A stretch of DNA of 64,000 nucleotides, taken from assembly GCA_040285745.1 (NCBI GenBank), contig JAUFOR010000006.1:124001-188000 (forward strand). Reading direction: 5' to 3'. The DNA is from Barthelona sp. PCE. Lineage: Eukaryota. Both the position numbers and the translations under genes were made by a program. Under the pieces are notes generated by a model that was not told the origin of the DNA, ran no database searches, and saw nothing but the letters and a program-made list of their open reading frames with translations. Below are positions 9,991 through 21,089 of the stretch, one piece after another (the stretch's first letter is position 1; each line of letters opens with the position of its first letter).

Positions 9991-12900
9991 ATGCCATCAC
10001 CTGAAGAAGACACAAAAAGAATTCAGGTGAGCCTGGACAACGTCCGTCGCTCCAAGCAGCTTTTGCGAGAATACAACAAAAAGAAAGAACCAGAGAGGGC
10101 AAAACAGCAGAAAAATGAGGAAGAACGATTAGAGAGAGTAAGCGGCAGCCTAAATCGCCTCAAAACATTCATATCAGACGCTCGTGTACAATTGGGACAA
10201 AAAGCTCTTCGTGATGCTCGTAAACAAGAAAAACAGCAAGTTCTCTTAGATAAAGAGAAGGAGCAGATCCTAGCAGAGGGCGGGAACCCATACCTGGTGT
10301 GGCGCCGTCGTGAATTAGAGCAGAAGAGCAAAGAAGCTGAAGAACGCATCCGTCAAAATATTGAGATGGAACGTGTTCGTATTGAACAAGAAGTCGAGCA
10401 AGAGTTCAAGCACAACACAGATTTGATGACCAAAAAGCAGCATGCATTAGATGAACGTAGAAAATTTTTTGAACAGAGTGGTAACACTGAACGTTTTAGA
10501 TTAATTGAACAGTTTTTATCTGATCGTAACGACGGGTATCAAAAGCAATCGTCCACCTCATCTAATTATGCTAAATCAGTGAAATCAGTACATTCAGATG
10601 AAGAAGTAGTGGAAAATCCCAAAGGTTTTGTTGTTGATGAGGTTGAAGAAGAAGATTTTGCTAAAGTATCTCACCTGGGACATTGGGCAGAGACCGAAGA
10701 ACCCGTAGCTAAACGTGTAACAGGAATTATTAAAACCCAGAATGAAGAAACGTTGAATGCTGAGAAAGATACTCATAATTGGTCTTGTGAACCAATTCTA
10801 TTTAAAGACTTTGCTGTAGAAGAACAAATGTCACAGTCTATTGTTGTAACTAACTTTTCTCCACATCGTTCCAGTTGTCGTTTAAGATTAAGTTCAGAAG
10901 AATTTTTAACTTTACAATGGTCACCAATTGGATGGATTTCACCCGGTATGTCAATTGAAGCACGTGTTATTTTTGCTCCAAAATTAAACACTGATTTACA
11001 AGAGACTTTATTCATTGATTATCCTGGTGGTTGTCGTGAGATTCCTATTTCTTGTGTTACAAAGAAACATACAGTTCAAATCCCAACAGAATTGGACTGT
11101 GGTGTTGTTCGTCATGGTGATGAAACTTCAGCAGTTATGATTATAGAAAATAAGGGCGCTTTGAATGTAGAGTGTGTATTAGAAAGTACCCCAGAAGTCG
11201 CTTCTTCGCTTTTAAAACTTGGTCCTTATGAGAAAAAACAAATGCGTATCTCAATTAAGCCATTACTTCCAAAAAAGTTTTCTCAAATATTAACATGTGT
11301 TGTGAAATCAAAAGAAACAACGACTAAGCATGATGTTCTTGTACAATTCGTAGCCAGTGATCTTCCTGTGTGTCTATCATTACCATCAGTGATGAAGACA
11401 GCACAACATGAAGTTGCCATTAACCCTGATGTCTGTCATCCAGAATTAGTCGTTCCTTGTTTTGAGAACGTAGTCGATATTGAGACAGGTGACAACTCCA
11501 CTTACAATATTGGTATAGTACGACCAGGTGCATGCTATCAAGTTCCGATTAAATTAACGAATACATCCATTGTTGCTAAAATGGTTGAGTTCGAGCTCCC
11601 ATCCACACTTAGAACTAAGGCTGCTGCAGTGCGTGGTCTCGATAAGGCGTTAGTGTTCTCCCCACAGAGTCAGTTCGTTCAGGCAAAGAAAGAAATTGAA
11701 GTTTTGGTGAAACTTACAGTAACTGATGCTTTTGATACATTAGTCGATGAAAATGGCCGGTTTTCGTTCCCTTGTGCACTGAAAATTAGGAATGAAATTA
11801 CTCAAATTGAGTTTGCAATTTCTGGTACGTTTTCACGATTGAATTTAGTTTTTGGTCCTGATGAAATTAATTTACCACCTATTTGTGCGGGTGCATCATA
11901 CAGCACTGTCCTTAATATCAAGAACCCTAATCCTGTTGCTCAAGAAGTGCTTGTATATGAGAACGCTAGCAATATTCAATGCCAACCTTGTACACCATTT
12001 GTCATATCAGCATTTGGTGAGCGTAATGTTGGTGTGACGATATTTGGTGATCAAATTGGATCACACAGAGATAAGTTAGTTGTTCGCTCATTATTAGGTA
12101 CAGAATACATTATTCCAATTGCTTATTCAATTATCGCTTCTCCTATTATTTTAAGTAGTTATTCTGTTGATTTTGGGTCATGTTTTGACGGTGAATATTG
12201 TGAAGATCAAATTATTGTTCGCTCAAAATCTCGTAATCCCCGTTTATGTCATATAACAGTTCCAAATGGTCCGTTTAAAATTTCTCCTTCTGTATTTGAA
12301 GTGTCAAAGGAGAGGGAAGTGTATTTGACAGTCACTTATGATGCAAGTTTGACAGATAAAATAGAGGAAATGAAGGCATTTACTAGACCTGATACTGGAT
12401 TAGAAAAAGAGGAAGAAACTGAAAAACCTCCTGTTGATAAGAAAAAGGGCAAGAAGGGAAAAAAGAAACCAAAGTCTCGTTCAAATTCTCGAGCACCATC
12501 ACGTCCTACTTCTGCAATTGAAGAACCTGAACCAAAAGTTGAAGAGACAAGGAAACGAGGGTATTCTGACCTTGTGTATGTTCGTGATTGCGGAACTGAT
12601 GAGTTGGACTTTGAACAACGTTCACGTTTAACGAATACAATTGCTTTATTGTGTATTGATGGTGTAACAACACCAATTATTGTAACACTTTCTGGAACAG
12701 TTATTCCTTCCATTGCTGTAATGGAACCCTCAATACTTGATTTTGGAAGTCTCCCAGTTGGTAATCGTGTTGTTGAGTCGATCAAAATTATTAATTTAAG
12801 TGATCGTCACCGTGATGTAGCACTCTTAAGTGTTCCCAACGTAACAACAAGAGCACCATTTGAGGTTATTAACGCAAGGAGGCCAGCTGGACCTAAATCG

Positions 12901-13701
12901 ATTATACAGTTATTCGTTTCATTTTCACCCAAATTTTCAGGGAAATTTACAGATAATGTTGATATACAATTCGGTCCACAACGTCTATCTCTCCCCATCA
13001 AGGGTATTGGGGCTGAACCACAGTTATCTTTCGATGTTGATTATGATAAGCCGTTCCATTTAGGTGATACATTACCTGAAGTTGTTGTAGATCGAGAAAT
13101 TAATGTTTCTTCGAAGAGTGATTTCCCTGTTGAAGTTTCTGTAAGATATGAGAGTGATTCAACAGCACCTTTAGACGATTCTGTCCCTATTGCCGTCGGT
13201 CCTATGTACATGACATTACAACCAGGTGAAAGCTCTGCCGTTGTTGCTACACTACGTTCTGTTATCCCTGGTAACTTTAGTGGTATAATTTACATGTCAG
13301 TTGGAAGTCAGGTATTTAAATTTCCAGTTTTTGGTAGAGTGCATCCACATGCAGCTTTTCTTGTACATCCATCATTACAGACACGCGCAGACATGTTCGG
13401 ATACAAACTTCTTCCCCTTGTGCTTTCATTTGATGCTGATAAAACTGAGGAAACGTTTTATGTGGGTAATTGTGGAACTTCAAACATTGATTTCACGATT
13501 GATGGTGTTACAGCACCGTTTTCCGTATCGGTCCCGAAGAGTGGTGTACCGACAGGTTCATCAAAAGATATTGTTGTTACATTCGATATTGATAAAGCTG
13601 AAGAAGGTTGTTATTCAGAGTGTAGTGCTACTATTACATTAACTGGGCACACAAGGCCACTTTCACTCATATTAAGAGGACGTAAAGATATGAAGGATTA
13701 A
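9991..13701 (+). CDS. CFAP74: Cilia/flagella-associated protein 74-like (coiled coil plus ASH/Ig-like repeats)
   Basis: N-terminal coiled coil with 'ILAEGGNPYLVWRRR', then 'PILFKDF...PIGWISPGMS...IFAPKLNTDL' and repeated 'LDFG/VDFG' ASH-type domains. Start set at first ATG (MPSPEE). Confidence 0.82.
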   Translation: MPSPEEDTKRIQVSLDNVRRSKQLLREYNKKKEPERAKQQKNEEERLERVSGSLNRLKTFISDARVQLGQKALRDARKQEKQQVLLDKEKEQILAEGGNPYLVWRRRELEQKSKEAEERIRQNIEMERVRIEQEVEQEFKHNTDLMTKKQHALDERRKFFEQSGNTERFRLIEQFLSDRNDGYQKQSSTSSNYAKSVKSVHSDEEVVENPKGFVVDEVEEEDFAKVSHLGHWAETEEPVAKRVTGIIKTQNEETLNAEKDTHNWSCEPILFKDFAVEEQMSQSIVVTNFSPHRSSCRLRLSSEEFLTLQWSPIGWISPGMSIEARVIFAPKLNTDLQETLFIDYPGGCREIPISCVTKKHTVQIPTELDCGVVRHGDETSAVMIIENKGALNVECVLESTPEVASSLLKLGPYEKKQMRISIKPLLPKKFSQILTCVVKSKETTTKHDVLVQFVASDLPVCLSLPSVMKTAQHEVAINPDVCHPELVVPCFENVVDIETGDNSTYNIGIVRPGACYQVPIKLTNTSIVAKMVEFELPSTLRTKAAAVRGLDKALVFSPQSQFVQAKKEIEVLVKLTVTDAFDTLVDENGRFSFPCALKIRNEITQIEFAISGTFSRLNLVFGPDEINLPPICAGASYSTVLNIKNPNPVAQEVLVYENASNIQCQPCTPFVISAFGERNVGVTIFGDQIGSHRDKLVVRSLLGTEYIIPIAYSIIASPIILSSYSVDFGSCFDGEYCEDQIIVRSKSRNPRLCHITVPNGPFKISPSVFEVSKEREVYLTVTYDASLTDKIEEMKAFTRPDTGLEKEEETEKPPVDKKKGKKGKKKPKSRSNSRAPSRPTSAIEEPEPKVEETRKRGYSDLVYVRDCGTDELDFEQRSRLTNTIALLCIDGVTTPIIVTLSGTVIPSIAVMEPSILDFGSLPVGNRVVESIKIINLSDRHRDVALLSVPNVTTRAPFEVINARRPAGPKSIIQLFVSFSPKFSGKFTDNVDIQFGPQRLSLPIKGIGAEPQLSFDVDYDKPFHLGDTLPEVVVDREINVSSKSDFPVEVSVRYESDSTAPLDDSVPIAVGPMYMTLQPGESSAVVATLRSVIPGNFSGIIYMSVGSQVFKFPVFGRVHPHAAFLVHPSLQTRADMFGYKLLPLVLSFDADKTEETFYVGNCGTSNIDFTIDGVTAPFSVSVPKSGVPTGSSKDIVVTFDIDKAEEGCYSECSATITLTGHTRPLSLILRGRKDMKD

Positions 13702-13755
13702 TATCAGTAAAACATCAGTTGTACTTGCTTTTCCCACCTTTTCAGAATTTTGTTC

Positions 13756-16700
13756 ATGATTTCAGAATCGTATTTATCTACGGGCACAGAACATACAAGC
13801 AGACTTGCGAAAAGCATTGCTAGAAGTGTGTATTCTGCATTAATACACTCATTTCCTGAGATTTCAGGAAGTCACGTGTCTTCATCAACACGAGAGCTTC
13901 AAACCAACACAGATAAGCAAGGGTTAATTGATCGAAATGGTACTCTATCGATGATATCCAAGAGTTTACTTAATGTACGATTTAATCCACGTTTATCCAA
14001 CGTTTTTGGGCTTTGTCGTCGGATTCTATCCCTTCCAGTTGATGAAGAATTGCCTTTACCATTTTCTTTAATTGTTGTAATTGCACGTTGTTTTCGTGAT
14101 TTGACAATAGATTTCCAAGAAATACTTGCAGAACTAGGTACAGAAGCATGTATACAGCTCTTAGAGATTGATATATTCCTTGAATGTCTTGGAATTTTCC
14201 CAAGTTTCCTGCTTCAAGACACAGATTATGTTCTTTTCAGCTATATAATGGTGTTTCTATCATTCTTAACGATAAAGGACGTATCTAATCCATTTAAAAA
14301 TGATAGTCTATTGATAAAAATCTTGAACGATGTTTTTGTAGCAGTCAGAAATCCAAATTTTCCGAATTGTCTGTTAGCTTCATTCTCTGCTGTTATTCAG
14401 CCAATATTCGCAGCAGAACTGGTGGAACTGGACCAAATAGACGTATCCTATCAGATAGAGTGTGTTACTGAACCTCAAATTATGTTTGTTTTGTTATCTA
14501 GTGTGGTTTCAGAACGTACATTAGGAAAATTATTGAGTAGAGTTCTTTCAACTTCATATGATCCGACGATACCTTATACTCTTATCAGTTTAGCATTGGA
14601 AAAGTTAGAAAAACTAATGTATGATGCTTTTAAACCACATCATTGTGGGATAATTAATGGTATTCAACAGTTATTACAAAAGTTTGATGATGTTACATCA
14701 GCCGTGTTTCAATCGTTATTGTTTTTTTCATACAATTTATTGAGCGATGTTTTTTATGTTGGGAAATTTTTAGAAATTGGTGACTTTTCTTTAACAAATG
14801 TTTCAGTCGTGCGTAACATAGTAGATACATACTTGACCCTCATTGACACATTTACAACATATCAAACAGCTGATATTTTTTCAATTCCTCACGCACTTAT
14901 ATCAATTTTACCTCAACTTGAATTTTGTGATAATGATACATATGCCTCATATTTTGTGTTGTATGATCGTGTCGCATCGTTTGTTACAAAATCAGAAACT
15001 ACAGAAAATGGGCGCAAAATGTATGGATGGTTGAACAAACTTTTGGAATTTATAGTTCCCGACACAGAAGATCGTGTTACTGATTTGGCACGATTGTTGA
15101 TAAGATTACCGTTGAAGCCACAGGCAGTCGGCGTTATTCTTGGTGCTGAAGGAGAAGATATCGAAGAATTGCGACGTTCATTCTTTCTTTCACAGCCATG
15201 GTTTGATTTTGATAAATTCACGTTCTGTGATGTTTTTGAGATGTATATGACGAGCTTCAGGCCGCCTAAAGAAGGGCAACAGTTTGATCGTATCATGTTG
15301 ACATTCACGCAGTTGTGCGGTGAGCGAATGGGTGTTCCAGTAGCTGATATTAACACCATTGTGTTGGCGACAACACTGTTGCACACAACTGTGTATAGCG
15401 GAAAACGTAATCTTCCATATGACCGATTCCGACGAGGAATTTTGTTTAATGTGGATGATTTTCTTGATGATAAGGGTTCTCTCCGAAATGATCTGGAGGA
15501 GCTCCCTTTATATCACAAATTAGATGCCATTGTTGAGCAGTTGTACAAGCGAGTAACGCATCGCGAATTTGTATTACCGTATTACTACAGTGTAGACGAA
15601 CTCCCCGAGGTTGTAGACTATTATTTCAGTCGTAACTGTCTTAATCCGGTTGTTGAGGCACCTTATTTGAAGCCAGATATAGATACATCACAGTTTACGG
15701 GTAATTATGTATTAGAGTTATTGTTCAAGCCAATTAATACCATTACCAGCGTGGAATACACGTCATCCCTCACACCAAGTAACGTACTTGATCTTTGTGG
15801 TGTTCTTGAGGCATTATTTGAAGTTTTTTGCAATTGTTCTGAAGAAATGCTTATTTCTTCAAGATCATTCAGGGAAAAGGTTGCGCTTAACATTAGTCGT
15901 TTCATTATGAACAGTGTTGCGGATGAACTAAAGCGTTTAGCCTTGGATATGCTGAATATTGACAAATACCTATTTTTTGTTCAAGATTTGAGTTCATTTT
16001 GGCTTGAATTCGTTGATGTCATGGTGTATCTCAACACAAACCTTAATTCAACGCGTAAATCTTTCTTCCGTACAACTAAGAAAACGGAAACTTTAGAGGA
16101 TGAGTACCAGGATCTAATGACGTGTTCATTCGTACCACAATTATCGAACGATGCATTTATTTCGCTGCTGAAAGGATTGACAGTGCCAAATTTCCAGGTA
16201 AATACACTGGTTTTTAGGCTTGACCTAATCTTTACTGTAACCCGTGATTATTACATACAGTCATTAGAGTACCGATCAAAAATTGTGGTTGTTGACTGTT
16301 GGACACTGATCCATAAACTCTTTTCTTACTTGAACAAGTTGAATAGAGTACACTCAGTTTTACTCACATATCTTTTGAGATTTTTTGAATTGTTTTTAGA
16401 CAGTACAATACTACCTGATGTGTTAACAACAATTGCAGGACTGAATGGTGTTGAATCACATGAAATTTTAAGTAATTTCCTCCACGTTATGAAGAGCATG
16501 GAAAAATGTGAACCTATAACGCATAATGTTATTAACGCAATGACTTTCACTCGATTTATTGGCAAGCAATCACCTACTATTGACGATGTTCGGGAGCTAA
16601 ATTCGGACAAGCATAAATATGCAATGTTTTTTAAGAGTGCAGTTGTTCTAGCTGAACGTTGTAATGGAGAATTATCTCCTCTTTTTGCTGATTTCTTTTT

Positions 16701-17235
16701 GAAATATGCTATCATTTTCGTCAGTAAGTTGTCTGAAGGAGGGCTTAACTGTGATTTGTTTTTAAAACCTGAATTCCTTAGTTTGTTCCCTTTGAAACAC
16801 TTTATCCAAATTACTGAAGCAATGACTGCTGAGGCTGCCCCTGCTCTCCTTTATGGCTTCGATGTCCTTCTTAGAAGAGATCTAAGTGAATCAGAAATCT
16901 TAATACAAGACTTTTTTATTTTCAAGCTTTTGGAAAAAATCATTGGTAACACAGAAGAACGGTTTGGAGGATGTACTATCCAGCAACTCAACAGTATCAT
17001 CCGTGCTGCTAGCTGCGTTGCCATTTTAGTTGTGAAGGAAGCAGATAATGACTCAAAGTTTTTTGAGTATTATGTATCGTTTTTACTACAGTTACGTGAT
17101 CGTTATACTGAACCATTTGCTCTAACAACGTATGTGGCAGAGATTACAAACATTTTTGATGCTGTTAAAATGTATTCTAGTGATTCAAATGATAGTTTTG
17201 CAAAATATTTGGAACGTTTGTTTCTTAATCAATAA
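13756..17235 (+). CDS. Divergent Sec7-domain Arf guanine nucleotide exchange factor (large ArfGEF-like)
   Basis: 'FDFDKFTFCDVFEMYMTSFRPPKEGQQFDRIMLTF' matches Sec7 motif 1 (FRLPGEAQKIDR) with the catalytic Glu retained; 'LATTLLHTTVY' matches motif 2. Confidence 0.72.
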   Translation: MISESYLSTGTEHTSRLAKSIARSVYSALIHSFPEISGSHVSSSTRELQTNTDKQGLIDRNGTLSMISKSLLNVRFNPRLSNVFGLCRRILSLPVDEELPLPFSLIVVIARCFRDLTIDFQEILAELGTEACIQLLEIDIFLECLGIFPSFLLQDTDYVLFSYIMVFLSFLTIKDVSNPFKNDSLLIKILNDVFVAVRNPNFPNCLLASFSAVIQPIFAAELVELDQIDVSYQIECVTEPQIMFVLLSSVVSERTLGKLLSRVLSTSYDPTIPYTLISLALEKLEKLMYDAFKPHHCGIINGIQQLLQKFDDVTSAVFQSLLFFSYNLLSDVFYVGKFLEIGDFSLTNVSVVRNIVDTYLTLIDTFTTYQTADIFSIPHALISILPQLEFCDNDTYASYFVLYDRVASFVTKSETTENGRKMYGWLNKLLEFIVPDTEDRVTDLARLLIRLPLKPQAVGVILGAEGEDIEELRRSFFLSQPWFDFDKFTFCDVFEMYMTSFRPPKEGQQFDRIMLTFTQLCGERMGVPVADINTIVLATTLLHTTVYSGKRNLPYDRFRRGILFNVDDFLDDKGSLRNDLEELPLYHKLDAIVEQLYKRVTHREFVLPYYYSVDELPEVVDYYFSRNCLNPVVEAPYLKPDIDTSQFTGNYVLELLFKPINTITSVEYTSSLTPSNVLDLCGVLEALFEVFCNCSEEMLISSRSFREKVALNISRFIMNSVADELKRLALDMLNIDKYLFFVQDLSSFWLEFVDVMVYLNTNLNSTRKSFFRTTKKTETLEDEYQDLMTCSFVPQLSNDAFISLLKGLTVPNFQVNTLVFRLDLIFTVTRDYYIQSLEYRSKIVVVDCWTLIHKLFSYLNKLNRVHSVLLTYLLRFFELFLDSTILPDVLTTIAGLNGVESHEILSNFLHVMKSMEKCEPITHNVINAMTFTRFIGKQSPTIDDVRELNSDKHKYAMFFKSAVVLAERCNGELSPLFADFFLKYAIIFVSKLSEGGLNCDLFLKPEFLSLFPLKHFIQITEAMTAEAAPALLYGFDVLLRRDLSESEILIQDFFIFKLLEKIIGNTEERFGGCTIQQLNSIIRAASCVAILVVKEADNDSKFFEYYVSFLLQLRDRYTEPFALTTYVAEITNIFDAVKMYSSDSNDSFAKYLERLFLNQ

Positions 17236-17282
17236 TAACTTGTAATCTATTACAGTTTACTAAATAAATACAATCATTTTGA

Positions 17283-18545
17283 TTAAAGCCGATCATCAGC
17301 AGCAAGTAGAAGTTCAAGAAGGCGCTCATGAGAGAAGTATTTGTAACCAACTTGATAATTGTACGCACACGTAATGCTAGTATACTCATCATCATCAAGG
17401 TACTTCTCCACAGCGTCTAAAGTTGCTTCAGTGATCTTTCCACCCTCGATATTAACAAATTTGAATCCACACGGTTTGATATCGTCGACATACACATGAT
17501 AATCATTTACCATGATTGGTCTACTGAAATATACTGTCTCAATAAGAGCATTCCCAAATCCCTCATAAACACTAGGGTAGCTCACAAAGTCACAAGCATG
17601 GTAAGTGTCATGTAAGGAATAAATTTTTTCCCCCTTCTCATTAATACCCCGTTCATCACTTACAATACCATCGCATAACACAATACGCACACCTTTTTCA
17701 TCAGCATATCTCATGATCTTATCAAGATACTCATTACCTTCATCACCACTAGAGTGAGTAATAACAAGAGCAGTTTTACGGCCACGAGCATTTAATCCTG
17801 CTAACAAATCTACAGAACTTTCAATACCTTTACGTTCTACGACTCTTGTGGGCTGTGCAACAAAGATTTCATCCTCTGATAGCCCAATTCTTGTGCGAAG
17901 ATCACAATGATAATCATCAGCTCTTGGTGGTTTTGCAAAATCAAATACATTAGGAACAACAATACTGTCTACACTACGACGGTTTTTAAGGTCTGTCTGG
18001 GCCTTTGTGTTGATGACTATATGTTTAAGGTTATCTAAAACAGGTGGAAAATGAGCTTCAATTAAGTTAAAATCACGAGGATTATCAAAACGTTTTCGTT
18101 CCCAGAAAAAATCGTGGTTATGGGCTAGACCAGGGAGCCCAGTCTCTTCTAGGACTTGTTTGATTGCAATTGCTAAAGATACCTGCATAGGGATAGCAAA
18201 AATATTTTGAAGAATTAAATACTCAATGCTATTCTCCTCAATGAAAGTAATTACCTCTCTCTTAATCTCTTCAATTACAGCTTCGTGCTGTTTCAGCAAC
18301 TCATTCTCATCACAAGGTGCATCTAAGCGATTAAAATACCACTTTGTAAATTTTCGTGCAAATTTAGTATCAAAATGCATGGAAGGAACAATCTTGCCCG
18401 TTTGCTCAAGTGCTGGATCAAGTTCACCAGCCATATAGAAAAATTCGTGATTTTGAACTTTTTCAAGTACAGAAACAAGTTTTAAGCTCTCAAGTGATAC
18501 ACCATCTGTTCCGTTGAGCCGCGTACTGATAACTAAGATCCTCAT
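17283..18545 (-). CDS. GT4 glycosyltransferase, bacterial mannosylglucosylglycerate-synthase (MggS)-like
   Basis: N-terminal 'GTDGVSLE', 'HNHDFFWER', 'QPTRVVERKGIE' and GT-B acceptor-loop 'YPSVYEGFGNALIE'. Confidence 0.82.
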   Translation of the reverse strand: MRILVISTRLNGTDGVSLESLKLVSVLEKVQNHEFFYMAGELDPALEQTGKIVPSMHFDTKFARKFTKWYFNRLDAPCDENELLKQHEAVIEEIKREVITFIEENSIEYLILQNIFAIPMQVSLAIAIKQVLEETGLPGLAHNHDFFWERKRFDNPRDFNLIEAHFPPVLDNLKHIVINTKAQTDLKNRRSVDSIVVPNVFDFAKPPRADDYHCDLRTRIGLSEDEIFVAQPTRVVERKGIESSVDLLAGLNARGRKTALVITHSSGDEGNEYLDKIMRYADEKGVRIVLCDGIVSDERGINEKGEKIYSLHDTYHACDFVSYPSVYEGFGNALIETVYFSRPIMVNDYHVYVDDIKPCGFKFVNIEGGKITEATLDAVEKYLDDDEYTSITCAYNYQVGYKYFSHERLLELLLAADDRL

Positions 18546-18713
18546 AATACCTTTTAACGAAGGAAATTATAACAGAAAGAAGAAAAAGCAAGTGATGTTA
18601 TCCTAACAAATGATTTTAATGTGTTGGTTACACGTGTGATGAGTGCGTATGTGCATTTCTATTTTTATTAAGAGCAAAAATTTTGTTTTATACTTTTTCA
18701 TCCTCCTTCTACA

Positions 18714-21044
18714 ATGAATTGGGCACGTTTGCATCAGAAATCGCCACTATTGGTGAGGGCAAGTTCATTTTTGGATAAAATTGTTGTTAATTACCGAAGA
18801 TTTGTTGCGGTTATGCTTTACAGTATTCTACGAATAGCAGTTTCAAATTATATCCACCCTGCAAGCTCTCCGGTCGAAGCTGCTCTTTTGCTAACCTTAA
18901 TTGTTCTATATTCGTTTTCAAACTGGATGAATATCACTCTAATTTTTTTGTTTAATTGTTTATTCTCTAGCGCATATCTAATTCACGTCCAATGCTTCAA
19001 AATTGTCATGTTCCATATTATGTTTGCTGAAACATTTTCAACGGTTACGGATAGCAATTTGCATTTTTTTATTGTTGCAAATATACTTATTACTTTTTTC
19101 TTTCGCATCCATATGATCCCATTCGCCCCAACCGACCTATTTTATTTTGCTTTATGTCTTTGTTACTTTGCAATTAAGCTTTTTTTACTTAATCGTTTTA
19201 AACAAACTGCTTTATTTGTTGATTCTGTGTTAAACCATACCATCAACGAATTTAACCCCCCTGAGCTCAATCCATTGACTGAAGAAACAGAAATGATTGA
19301 ATTTTTTGGATTTATGCTTACTGTTGATATGAATTTGATCGATGAAACAATTGATAAACGAAATTTCATTGAAGCATGTGAATTGTTGGGCATTAGCCAT
19401 GGGTTTGAATGTTGGAACAAAACAAACTCACAATTGGATTTTTTTATTGCAACAATGCAAAAAGAATCTCCCATTAATCATCTATATCTTGATTTAAATA
19501 ACACGGCGTCAGTACATGGTATGATACACCGTGTCATCTCGTTTTGTAGACGTTTAGTTATTCTAACTCGTTTGGATAATTGTCAGTCAATTTTTCACGA
19601 TTTTATGTTTTTTGTGTTGTATGGTGGTCTTTTACGTATTGAAAAGGTGGGTCAGTTATCACTCTCGAGGGATATGATGGTTGAAATGGTGTTTGCTATG
19701 AGAAATCAGTTTAACTCACTAATCTCTTTTGATAGATTGTTTTTTAATGATATTTGTGTTAAATTATTTAGAGAACATGTCCCATGCCTAACCATTAATG
19801 TCATTAAGGAATGCGGAGAAATTTTTTTTGTTGATTTCAGGTTAATGTGGTGTACTAATGATTTTACATGTGGTAATTACACGCTATCATCAGTCTTTTG
19901 TCAAACACGGTTGAAAAAGCAACTTAATGTCTTTGTTGATCATCCTTCACTTAAAAGATCAAAAAATATCGATTGGCCAGGTTATTTTCAGGTTCCATTG
20001 GTTGTTAAACGTATATTACTGCTGTTAAATCCTTTTAGGGACGTCCCATCACTGGATTTATCATCAGGAAAAAATATATCTAGCATTACATTAGAGAGAG
20101 AAAAAGATAAATTTTTAAATCAGGCATTAAACGTTTTATCTTCGAATAGCGTAAAGCAAAGATTGTTATTCTATAAGGACTCACATATATCCAGAGTAGG
20201 GGGATTACTATTGGTGCAGAAACTATGTATTCAAGTTTTTGTTTACGCTTTTTCAATTCTTTTTACAAATATGTGGAATTCTTTTGCTTTATTATTACTG
20301 GTTGTATGCAGTTGTAACTTATTGATGTATTTTGCAATGATTATTGGGATTTCAGTGGGAAACAAAATTTGGAATTTTGGTTTTCTTTCAGATTCTATGT
20401 ATGAATGTTTAGAGGGCTTATTTTATTTATATAATGTGTTTTATCACGACGAACAAATGCAAAAAATAGCTCTGACATTAATTTTTATACATTTTCGAGT
20501 TTTTTTTGCTTTGGATTTTCGATCATTAACCATTGCTTTTAATATAACTTGTCAGATTATTTTCCTTTTCTATGTGTATGGTATGAATGTATACGGATTG
20601 ACAGCAGTTTTTATTTGTTTAAGAAGAATTTTTTCTTATACTTTATTGATGGAACCATTTATTCATAAATCTATTATATTAGAAGAGAAAATAATTAGGC
20701 TTGGAAAATGTGAATCGCAATTTCTTCCTATTTTTGCTCTTCAACATTACACATCTAACAGAAGAATAGTGTTCATTATTGATAATGTTTGTTTATACAG
20801 AATTTCTTTTCGTGACCCTTTTGATCTTGATGGAAATATGTCACTCATGGATAATTTCAGAGATGTGTTAGTTGTTAATTACTCATTAGAAGGGTTCATA
20901 ATTGTTTTTTCTGAATTTGATCGTAAGTTTGTTGTTGATGATGTTTGTGCTTCATTCAGATGTGCCTTAGAACTGAATACAGTCGAAATGAGGAAGTCAT
21001 GTAAGATTTTTGTTGAGAATAATCGACTTTTTATGTTGGAGTAA
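18714..21044 (+). CDS. Multipass membrane protein with two TM clusters; possible degenerate adenylyl-cyclase-like architecture
   Basis: Hydrophobic clusters at about aa 30-160 and aa 497-645, each followed by a soluble domain. Weak cyclase-like segments (see findings). Confidence 0.55.
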   Translation: MNWARLHQKSPLLVRASSFLDKIVVNYRRFVAVMLYSILRIAVSNYIHPASSPVEAALLLTLIVLYSFSNWMNITLIFLFNCLFSSAYLIHVQCFKIVMFHIMFAETFSTVTDSNLHFFIVANILITFFFRIHMIPFAPTDLFYFALCLCYFAIKLFLLNRFKQTALFVDSVLNHTINEFNPPELNPLTEETEMIEFFGFMLTVDMNLIDETIDKRNFIEACELLGISHGFECWNKTNSQLDFFIATMQKESPINHLYLDLNNTASVHGMIHRVISFCRRLVILTRLDNCQSIFHDFMFFVLYGGLLRIEKVGQLSLSRDMMVEMVFAMRNQFNSLISFDRLFFNDICVKLFREHVPCLTINVIKECGEIFFVDFRLMWCTNDFTCGNYTLSSVFCQTRLKKQLNVFVDHPSLKRSKNIDWPGYFQVPLVVKRILLLLNPFRDVPSLDLSSGKNISSITLEREKDKFLNQALNVLSSNSVKQRLLFYKDSHISRVGGLLLVQKLCIQVFVYAFSILFTNMWNSFALLLLVVCSCNLLMYFAMIIGISVGNKIWNFGFLSDSMYECLEGLFYLYNVFYHDEQMQKIALTLIFIHFRVFFALDFRSLTIAFNITCQIIFLFYVYGMNVYGLTAVFICLRRIFSYTLLMEPFIHKSIILEEKIIRLGKCESQFLPIFALQHYTSNRRIVFIIDNVCLYRISFRDPFDLDGNMSLMDNFRDVLVVNYSLEGFIIVFSEFDRKFVVDDVCASFRCALELNTVEMRKSCKIFVENNRLFMLE

Positions 21045-21089
21045 ATTTTTCGTGTAATACTGTTTTCTCTGTTTTACAGCATTTTTAAT

